From Phyllobates terribilis (Eukaryota): a stretch of 64,000 nucleotides of DNA. Position numbers and translations under genes: made by a program. This document shows, in pieces, positions 1 to 11,247 of the stretch. Numbering within the stretch: position 1 is the stretch's first letter; each line of letters starts with the position of its first letter. The stretch is taken from NCBI RefSeq assembly GCF_046119375.1, contig NW_027362761.1, positions 117,552,001 to 117,616,000 of the forward strand. Direction: 5' to 3'. The notes below the pieces were generated by a model. It was not told the origin of the DNA. It saw only the letters and a list, made by a program, of their open reading frames with translations, and made no database searches.

Positions 1-327
1 TTTTACAAATAACAGATTTACTTCAAGTCTTACAGTGCAGATATAGAATAAATACATCCAGTGACCGCTGTGCATACACTGAGTTTTTGTTGCAGCAAAT
101 ACGCAGCGTTTTACAGTACAAGCAAAGTAAATAAGATCCCTGAAGTCTCATGCACAAGTTACTTATTTTTTCTTTGCACTATTGCAGCAGATTTAAATCT
201 ACAGCATGTCAATTCGCATATAAAAATCATGCCAAAAACGCATATTTTATTCAGCGATTTTCCTGCCTATACATTAGGATATGCAGCTGAATTTTCTGCT
301 GCAAATCCTGAACGTGTGCACATAGTC
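1..327. mobile_element. Right part of a Harbinger-type MITE, truncated by the window edge
   Basis: Ends in the TIR-like GTGTGCACATAGTC followed by TAA; AAAACGCA-type subterminal motifs. Confidence 0.6.
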
Positions 328-330
328 TAA

Positions 331-1257
331 GGCTGTGTGCCCAGTATGCGTTTTTCAAGCATTTTTGCTGCGGAATTTCCGCAGCGAAAACGCTTCAAAA
401 ACGCTTGGTAATACGTGCCCCATGGTCCCCAATGATAATCCGCATGTGCACATGCTACGAAAATTTACGCTGCGGATTATCATTGCGGAAAAATACGCAG
501 CATGTCTATTAATTTTGCGGACACGCAGCGTAATTGCCACCATTGACTTGCATTGAAACGCATATTATCCGTGTCAGCACATTTGCACATACGGATATTA
601 TGCGATTCTATGTGCGGATGGTACCCGGGTCTGGAGAAGAGGAGACTCTCCTCCAGACTCGGGTACCATAGAACCTGTTAAAAAAGAATTTAAAATAAAA
701 AATAAACATTATACTTACCTTCTGATGTCCCCCGGTATTTTCTCCACTCTGTCTGGTCTGCTGTATGGGTCGCGGTGGTGTGAAAGAACATTCCATGACG
801 TCAGTTAGTCATGTAACAGGTCACGCGACCGCTGACATCGGCGGTCGCGTGACCTGTCACATGACTCAATGACGTCATGGCAGGTCCTTTCACACCACTG
901 CGACCCATACAACAGACCAGAAGAGCGAAGAAAATACCGGGGTCATCGGAAGGTAAGTATAATCTTTATTTTTTACCATTCTTATTCTTTTTTATTAACT
1001 ATTACTTGGTCACACTATATAAATCCATGCCAGTTGCATGGATTTATATAGTGTGACCAAGTTGTCAAGCACTTTTCCAAGTGATGCTAAAATCGCTTGG
1101 AAAAGCGCTTGATAACCCGCATGCAGAAATACATGCAAAAACGCTTGACAAATGCTTCTACCTGGCAGGAAAAACGCATGTAAAATCCGCATGCGTTTTT
1201 CCTGCCAGGGAGAAGCGGAAAAAATATGCAGCATTTCTGCATCGTGGGCACTTAGCC
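331..1257. mobile_element. PIF/Harbinger-type MITE, family H1, copy 1
   Basis: TIRs GGCTGTGTGCCCA...TGGGCACTTAGCC flanked by TAA/TTA; internal palindrome ~711-960; homologous to 6762-13111, 20253-21182 and 22869-23713. Confidence 0.8.
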
Positions 1258-2176
1258 TTAGTCCCTGTCCTGTGTTCCCCTCCATTCATTATAAGTCCTT
1301 GATAGCATCATAATGAATTGTGGGGTGTGAAAAGATGCTATCAGGTCTTATACTGTATTGGCGGTGGGGGAGGTGGCTATCAGGTACTTGGCATCCTCCG
1401 TCAACTCCCTAATCATTACAAGTCCATGATAGCGTCTTCTCACACCCCATTATTCAGTATGACGCTATCAGGGACTCAGCATCCTGCCCCACTTCATTTT
1501 AAATTCATATTAAATGGCCACCTCCTCCCTCCACTTGTTTATTAAAAGTCCCTGAAGTCCCTCTACCACCCCTTAATTCCATCCTATCCTAACACTTTCT
1601 TCCTTGACCTCTCCCGGGTGTGGTATTGAAAAAAAAAACAACAAAAAAAAAACACACTCATCTCTCCGTCCGTTCTCCAGCGGCATTGCTGCTTTCCCCT
1701 TCTTGCCGGGAACTTTCTGAATGACACAGGCATCAAGCCAAGCGCGTCTATGTCACAGAGAAAACGTCGGGCAGGAAGCGGAGGATGGGTTCCTGCAGTT
1801 CCGCTACCATTTTCCAGTGTAGGCTACGGAGCTGCAGGATCATTCCCTGTTCGGCATACTGCCTTTGAGGGTAATCTTTCCATGGGCCCCTCGAGCCTCC
1901 GGCTCCAAGTGACAGGCCAGACTGCCCTCACTATTATCCGCCCCCAAGGGCCCTCTCCAGCTCTGGTGCAGTTGCACCAGCTGTATGTCCGCTCCTGCCC
2001 TTGATGTACCGGTACGTCTATTTGCGAGAAGTCACTGAAAAATATGACGTACCGGTAAGTCATATGATGGGAAAGGGTTAAAAATCATGGCCCCCATGTA
2101 GCCTCCTATATACAGTATGAGCCCCACGTATACAGTATGAGACCCCACATAGCCTCTATATACAGTATTAGCTCCC

Positions 2177-2890
2177 CACTACTCAGACAACCCCCTCTCA
2201 ATCCGTATGTTTTCCCTTTTAAAATAACAACACTTATACTCACCTCCGGTGCCGTTCCACTGGTGTTGGCACTCTCTCTCCTGGTGATCGGTGAACAGTG
2301 TGACGTCACGTGAACCCTGCTGCCAATCAGTGGCGCTTCACTCCCCCCTCTTTTGGGAAACCTGCTTACATCCAGAGGAAGAGAGGGGTGCTGTTTTCTC
2401 TCTACCTCCAGATGTATGTAATTAATTTGAAGGAGGGGATAGTGAAGCGCCACTGATTGGCTGTAGTGAGAAAACGAGGGTAGTTTCCGGCACAACCAAC
2501 TGCATAAAAAATGTAAGTTTATTGAAACAAGTTAAAAGGCTATTAAAAGTTAAAAAGCCTCAACACCTGACACGTTTCTGGCGTACTAGAACGCCCTTAG
2601 TCATAGGATTTCTGTCAGCTGCAATCACCAGCAGGTACAGCACCCACTGGTTTCTAATCAGAGCAACGGATTAATGTTACCGGCGTGAACAGCTCTAATC
2701 CTCCCCCTCTACCCTACCTCATTCTTTGATTGGTTGCAGGGTTCGCATGACGGCACACTGTTACGTGATCGCCGGAAGAGACAGTGCCGACACCACAGGA
2801 GTGACACCGGGCGTGAGTATAAGTGTTATTATTTTAAAAGGGGGAAACATACAGATTGAGAAAAGTTTGTCTGAGTAGTTGTGAACCCCT
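2177..2890. mobile_element. Kolobok/T2-type MITE (left TIR eroded) carrying a small Penelope-like insert
   Basis: Inverted arms ~2177-2250 and ~2811-2878; right end AACCCCT followed by TTAA. Confidence 0.6.
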
Positions 2891-3491
2891 TTAAGAAAAA
2901 CAAAGAAAAAAAGTTATCCCCAATCCATAGGTAAGGGTTAACTCACTGATCACTGGGGGTAGATTGCTGAAACACCAGCAATACTGAAATTGGAGCCTCG
3001 GGGCCCTTGAAATAGGGGTACACACACCTGTCCTGAATGATGTGAAAGTGTGCAGGCGGGGCCTCTGATCCATTCATTGTATATCCCGGATCTGTAAAAG
3101 AAGGACCATTCCAAGACCACCTGGAGGGTCTCCCCACCTGAACTAACTGCTTTTTAGGCCTATATGAAGCAGATAGTTCAGGTTAGGAGACCCAGCAGTC
3201 AAGCAGGGTCACAGATGCACAGACAGTCCATGATTCACAGATGTGTGAAACATCTGAAAAAAGGTGCACATGACATCTTTTAGCCGTCCACCTTCCCACC
3301 ATCTTATTGGGGGAAGATGGTACAGGACCTGTCGGCGTCTTTTGTCCCGAGGCGTTTTTTTGGCCGTTTGTTTGATGTTCTTTTTTATAGAAAGCAGAAG
3401 CTGCATGAAGACTGGTTAGGACACCACTTTTAGTCCTGAAACAGATAAAAGACGCTCAAAGACTGAACATGTGAAGAATCAGAGGTTTGCA

Positions 3492-4198
<707 letters not shown>

Positions 4199-7100
4199 TT
4201 AATTGATGCAGTTTTTATGCAAATTTTCAGTTGCCTTTTGCACTACCAGAAAAGTCTATGAGAAACCAGAATTCTCTGTTCACACATCATGTTTTTTTTT
4301 TTATTCAGGATTTTGTGCCTTGCATGTTTTTCTTGGAAAATAGAGCATGTCCCTTCTTTCATTGTTTTTCACCCATAGAAAGTAATGGGTGGTGAAAAAA
4401 CACTGAAAAAACGCATCAAAATTTGTATCAGTGTTTTTTCAGCGTTTTTGATGCCAAAATAGAATGGGGTTCTTTTTTTTCACAGAACATTATGTACATG
4501 CATAAAAAGAGACAGGAGGACAGTCAAAAAAAAAGCTGAAAAAACGCACCAAGAAAGCACCAAAACCGCAAGAAAAATCCTGAACAAAATGCCCTTGAAG
4601 ATAAGGTTTTTCTGCAGAAAATTGACGCCAAAAAAAAACATGATGTGTGAACATAGCCTAATATCTCTGAAAACGTCATCTTGTTCTGCAAAAAAAAACA
4701 AGCCGCCATACACGGCCAAGCTACATCAACGGAAAAATAAAAAAGTTACAGCTCTCAGAATGAAGCAATGCAAAATTAATTAATTTTTTCTGTAAAATAG
4801 TTTTTACTGTGTAAACGCACCAAAGCATAAAAAAAATATATATAAATGTGGTATTGTTGTAAATGTACTGACCCGAAGAATAAAGCTGCCTTATCAATTT
4901 TACCACACGCAAAAGGCCATATTAAAAAAAAAAAAAACAATTCCTGAATTGCTGGTTTTTGTTCATTCTGCCTCCCAAAAATTGGAATAGAAAGAGATCA
5001 AAAAATGTTATGTGCCTGAAAATGGTACCAATAAAAATGTCAACTCGTTCCGCAAAAAACAAGCCCTAACATGACTCTGTTGTCCGAAATATGGAAAAAT
5101 TATGGCTATCAACACTAGTTTTTGCAATAAAAATATAGTGTGACAGCTGCCAATCATAAAAACCCGATATAAAAATGGTATCGCAGTAATCGCACTGACC
5201 CGAAGAATAACGTCGTCATCACTTATACCGCATGAGGAATGGCATAAAAAATAAAAACTAATTCTTCATCGGCTGTTGATTTGTTTATTCTGCCTCCCAA
5301 AGATCGCAGTAAGGCTCGGCCCACATTTATCCTGCGCTCTACGCTGAGCGCTTACATCGGGGTTTCCGTGTAAATCTCTGAAATACGTGATTCAGACGGA
5401 ACCCCCGCCAGAAGATTCCTTATAATGAGGCAGATGCAGACACTGTGTACTCTGTCTAGCCTATGATCCGGCGGTGTTTGTCTTTTTAGGCGTGCATAAA
5501 AATGCCGTCAGCCAGAGTTTTGTGCACATCTGAAAAAAAGGACACCGCTGAACAGAGGCCAGATGGAGTCCAGAGTAACTCTGCTGCCTCACTAGTTGAA
5601 TGGATCCCACAGGGGTTTCATCTGAATCGCGTCAATCAGAGATTAGATGGAAACCCCGATATAAGTGCTCAGCATAGAACGCAGGATAAATGTGATCCCA
5701 AATGTTATGTAAAATGTTCCGACAAAAAGCTTCAAATCAATCCACAAAAAAGCAAGTCCTCACTCAGGTCTGTCATCTGTTAACAGAAATATAGGAGGCT
5801 TCCACTTTACTGGAAGTACAATGGCTCTGGAAAAGCAAAATGGCCCTAGTCCCCCAAAAGAAATTCAGCAAATTCTGCACTCTTAAATCCAAATGCCCAG
5901 CTCCCTTCTGAGCCCCAGTGTGCCTAAACCACATTTAGCATCCACATGTTTGGCATTTCTGTAGCGATGAGAGCTCACTTAATTTACAGGTGCGTGTCTC
6001 CAGAAGCACGAGCTGGGCACTAAAACGTACTGGTCACTACAACGTACTAGTCACTGCAATGGCAGTTTGCAATTTTCACTCAGCAACATCCACTGCTGCT
6101 TGTTTCCGGAAAACGCCCATTGGGTCAAAATCATCCCTACACCTGTAGATGAATTCCCAAAGGGGTATAATTTCCAAAATGGGGTCACTTGAGTGGGGTA
6201 TTCTGCTCTTATAGCACTTATGGGCTCTATATATGGAGTCCGCAAACTATTCTAGGAAAATCTGGGCTCCAGGCGGCAAATAGCGCTCTGTCCCTCCCGA
6301 GTCTTGCCGTGTGACTAAGCAGTACTGTACAGCCACATATGGGGAATTTCTACATTCAGCAGAAATTTTACCCATTTCCCAGTGTGAAAATGTAAAATCT
6401 GGGGCTTAAAAAAAATGTTGGTGGTAAAAATGTAATTATTTTTTCTTCGCTGCCCAATGGTGTAAAATGCGGTGACCTATCTGTGGTGTTAATATGATCA
6501 CTGCATCCCTAGATTAATTAATTGTGAGGAGGAGCTTGTAAAATGGGGTCACTTATGGGGATTTCTGCTGTTCTGGCACCTCAGAGGTTCTCCCAGTGGG
6601 TTATGGCACCCACAAACCGTAACAGTAAAATCTGCACTATAATATGGCGCTCCTTCCCTTCTGAGCTTTGCATTATGCGTCAATGTAGTAGTTCCCAATT
6701 ACATAAAAGGTATTGGCGCACTTCCAACTAGCCCTTATGAAGATTAAAAACTTGGGGCTAAGGCTGGGTGCCCACGTAGCGTTTTTCAAGCGTTTATGCT
6801 GCGGAATTTCTGCAGCGGAAACGCTTGTGAAACGCTAGGTAATCCGCACCCCATGGTCCCCAAGGGGATTCCGCATGTTCTATGCACATGCTGCGGATTT
6901 TTCCGCACCGTTTATGCTGCGTACAAAAATCCGCAGCATGTCATTTAAGTTTACGGAAGCGCAGCGGAACTCCCGCCATTGACTTGCATTGAAACGCATA
7001 GAAACCGCGACTGTACATTTGTACAAGCGGCTTCTATGCGTCTCTATGTGCGGATGGTACCCAGTTCTGGAGGAGAGGAGACTCTCATCCAGACCTGGGT

Positions 7101-9425
7101 ACCATTGTACCTGTAAAAAAAGAATAAAATAACAAATAAAGTTTATACTCACCTTTCCGAAGGCTTTTCTCTGAATGCCGGCATCGCTTGAGGACCTGCG
7201 GTGACGTCACAGTCATGTGACCGCAGGCCCTTCACCGCTCTGTCTCGCGATATGCCGGCAGCCGGGAACCAGACAGGAACGGGCGCTGCTGCACACACCG
7301 GGGCCTCGGGGGTGAGTATAGCTTTATTTGTTTTAATTTTTACAGTTCACACTGTATAAATCCATGCCGTTTGCATGGATTTATATAGTGTGTAGAGATG
7401 AGCGGTGTTCGACTAGAACTGTTCGCCAATCTCAAATTCGAGCTGTTTTGGGCGGTGTTCGACGAACCCGAACGATTTGCAAAAAATTCGGCTGTTCGAG
7501 GTTATGTTCGATAACTGTTCGTGCACCAAAAGCGTGTCCTGCATGTCTGGCGCTATTTAGAGCACCAATCATGCAGGGATTGTCTGCCACTCACTGTAAT
7601 GCCACAGCCATGGTGGTTGTGGCATTACAGTGATTGCCCAAATCGATGGGAACAGTGCTCACAGTGAAACATGAAAAGCCGGCAATTCAGCAGCGGCATA
7701 CACCGGTACCCCACAATTTAGAACCGAAAGAATAGAGCTTCACACATAGATTAGATAGATAGAAACATGTCAGCCACATATATATGAAGTACAGTGACAG
7801 TGTTGCTTACTGTACTTGTCATTTAGTGTAAAGGATTTATAAAAAAAAATAATAGTGTTTTCATGCACCGTCTCTTTAAAAAAGCCGGCCGGCAATTCAG
7901 CAGCGGTACCCGACAATTTGGAATAGAAAGAATAGAGAATCACACATAGATTAGATAGATAGAAACATGTCAGTCACATATATATGAAGTACAGTGACAG
8001 TGTTGCTTACAGTACTTGTCATTTAGTGTAAAGGATTTATTAAAAAAAATAATAGTGTTTTCATGCACTGTCTCTTTAAAAAAGCCGGCCGGCAATTCAG
8101 CATCTGTACCCGACAATTTAGAATAGAAGGAATAGAGCATCACACATAGATTAGATAGATAGAAACATGTCAGTCACATATATAAGAAGTACAGTGATAG
8201 TGTTGATTACTGTACTTGTCATTTAGTGTTAAAATAAAGGATTTATTTAAAAAAAAAATTGGCGTGGGGTTCCCCGTAATTTTAGGCTCTAGCGGAGGTT
8301 AAGCAGATGGCTGGGGCAGATGTTTGAAGCCTGGGAAGGGGGTAATACCCACGGAGCTTCCCAGGCTACTAATATCAGCCCCCAGCGGAATACTTAGCCT
8401 TTACTAGCTATTAAATGACGTGGGGTCCCCCCTATTTTAATAGCTAGCAAAGGCTAGGCAGACAGCTGGGGGCTGATATTAATAGCCCAGGAAGGGTGCC
8501 ATGAATATTGGCCCCCTCCCAGGCTAGAAACACCAGCCGTCAGCCGCCCCAGAAATGGCGCATCCATAGGATGCGCCAATTCTGGCACTTAGCCTCGCTC
8601 TTCCCACTGCCCTGTAGCGGTGGCAGAGCGCAAGCATGCCTGCGCTTCTCAGTGTCTGCGGGATGACAGGCTGGATGGCAGCGTTCTGCTGCGGTCCAGC
8701 CTGTCATCTCGATGTAGCAGAGCTGAAGCTGTCGTGGGAACCATGGAAAGGTAAGGATGAGGTTGCTTTATTATTTTACTTTTATTGCAGGAGATCGTTG
8801 GCTTCAGCTGGAATGGGCGTGACGGTAAGTATGGTTTAATTTAGAACAATAAAGAATTGTGTGTTTATTTCAATTAAAGGACTTTTTTCTGGGTGTTGTG
8901 TTTTTTTTAAATACTTTACTAGAAATTCATAGTGGTCATGTCTAATATTGGCGTGACCCCATGAATTTCGGGCTTAGGGCCAGCTGATAATGCCAAGCTG
9001 GCCCTAACCCCTTTATTACCCAGTAAGCCACCGCACCAGGGCCCTGGATGAGTTGGGTACAGCGCCAGAAGATGGCGCTTCTATGAATGCGCCATTTTCC
9101 GGGGTGGCTGCGGACTGCAATTTGCAGCTGGGGGGACCCAGAAAGCTTGGGCCTCCCTGCGCTGCAGATTCCAGCCCCCAGCTGCCTAGTTGTACCTGGC
9201 TGGACACAAAAATAGGGCGAAGCCCCACGTATTTTTTTTTTAAATTATTTCATGAAATTCATGAAATAATTAAGAAAAAAAGGGCTTCCCTATATTGTTG
9301 TGTCCGGCCAGGTACAAATAGGCAGCTGGTGGTTGGGGGCAGCCCGTTCCTGCCTGCTGTACCTGGCTGGACACAAATATAGTGCGAAGCCCCACGTCAA
9401 TTTTTTTTTAAATTATTTCATGAAC

Positions 9426-11247
9426 CTAGATGGTGGCCCGATTCTAACGCATCGGGTATTCTAGAATATGTATGCGGCAGACCCGGCGCAATCAGCAGAG
9501 CGGTGTTTAAATTTGGCGCCAAAATCGCTGACTGGTCGCGGCCAGCAACCGCGACCAATCAGCAAAGCGGTGTTGAAATTTGGCAACTATATCACTAATC
9601 AGCAGAGCAGGGTTTAAATTTTGCACCAATAATGCTGATAGGTTGTGGTCGCGACCAATCAGCAAAGCGGTGTTTAAATTTGGCGCCAATAATGGTGATT
9701 GGTCACGACCTCGACCATTCAGCAGAGCGGTGTTTAAATTTGGCGGCAACAATGTTGATTAGTCGCGGCCGGCATCGCGACCAATCAGCAGAGCGGGGTT
9801 TAAATTTGGCGCCAATAATGCTGATTGGTCGCAATCGCCGGCCGCGACCAATCAGCAGAGCGGTGTTTAAATTTGGCGTCAAAATCGCTGATTGGTCGCG
9901 GAAGGCAACTGTGACCAATCAGCAGAGCGGGGTTTAAATTTGGCGCCAATACTGCTGATTGGTCGCGGCCGGCAACCGTGACCAATCAGCCGAGCAGGGT
10001 TTAAATTTGGCGCCAATACTACTGATTGGTCGCGGACGGCGACCGCGATCAATCAGCAGAGCGGGGTTTAAATTTGGCGCCAATCTCGCTGATTGGTCGC
10101 GGCTGGCGTCCGCGTCCAATCAGCAGAGCGTTGTTTAAATTTGGCGCCAAGCTCGCTGATTGGTCGCGGCCGCTATTTAAATGTGGCGCCCAAATCGGTG
10201 ATTGGTCGCGGGCAGCGTCTGCGACCAATCAGCAGAGCGGTGTTTAACTTTAGCGCCAAGATCACTGATTGGTCGCGTGCGGAGAGCGCGACCAATCAGC
10301 TAATCGTATTGGTGAGGACCGGGGAGCGCCGCTGCCTGGTCGGATACTTCCGTTGCGAGAAGCCGGGAGATGAGCGACTGCTCGCAGCAGAAGTATCTCG
10401 ACCTGCAGCGCCGCTCCCCGGTCCTCCCTTGACACCCTAGCCGCTGATGTCCCCACAGTATCCGCATGGTGTTACAAAGATCTGGACATTTGTGTTAAAA
10501 ATCGCTGATTGGTCGCTGGCGCTGCCCGCGACCAATCACCGATTTGGGCGCCAAATTTAAATATCGGCCGCAACCAATCACCAATCTTGGCTCCACATTT
10601 AAACACCGCTGTGCTGTGCCACATTTAAATAGCGTCCGCGACCAATCAGTACAGCGGTGTTTAAATGTGGAGCCAAGATGGGTGATTGGTCGCGGAGGAT
10701 ATTTAAATTTGGCGCCCAAATCGGTGATTGGTCGCGGGCAGCGCCAGCGACCAATCAGCGATTTTTAACACAAATGTCCGGACCTTTGTAACACCATGTG
10801 GATACTGTGGGGACATCAGCGGCTAGGATGTGAAGGGAGGACCGGGGAGCGGCGCTGACATCCAATTGGTCGCGGCCGCTATTCAAATGTGCCGCACAAA
10901 TCGGTGATTGGTCGCCGTCTTGACCGCGACCAATCACTGATCTTGCCGCCAAAGTTAAACACTACTGTGCTGATTGGTCGCGGACGCTGCCCGCGACCAA
11001 TCACAGATTTGTGCGCCAAATTTAAATATAGGCCGCGACCAATCACCGATCTTGGATCCACATTTAAACAACGCTGTGCTGATTGGTCGCGGCCGATATT
11101 TAAATGTGGCGCCCAAATCGGTGATTGGTCGCGGTCTTGACCGCGACCAATCACTGATCTTGCCGCCAAAGTTAAACACTACCGTGCTGATTGGTCGCGG
11201 ACGCTGCCCGCGACCAATCACCGATTTGTGCGCCAAATTTAAATATC
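9426..11247 (-). mobile_element. Helitron-like non-autonomous element: 3' end plus palindromic tandem array
   Basis: The minus strand ends with hairpin CCCGAT-N8-ATCGGG, then CCACCAT, then CTAG (9426-9456). No 5' TC end is recognisable, and the next base is G rather than the canonical T. Confidence 0.55.
9480..11247. repeat. Tandem array of ~55-65 bp self-complementary units (CGCGACCAATCAG...TTTAAATTTGGCGCC...CTGATTGGTCGCG)
   Basis: Unit read directly many times; includes an inverted block centred near 10630. Confidence 0.92.

Noticed and set aside
711-730. ATACTTACC as a U1 snRNA gene or pseudogene start (also 20620, 23257, 40419)
   Set aside because: The following bases do not continue as U1 (TGGCAGGGGAG…), and no Sm site or PSE is seen; it is better read as a minus-strand splice donor.
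8636-8839. Repeated 67-aa ORF MPALLSVCGMTGW… (also 11535, 40412, 40846) as a small gene family
   Set aside because: It lies inside TE cargo, runs through splice-like motifs and a U-rich tract, and resembles no protein I recognise. Recent duplication explains the identity.
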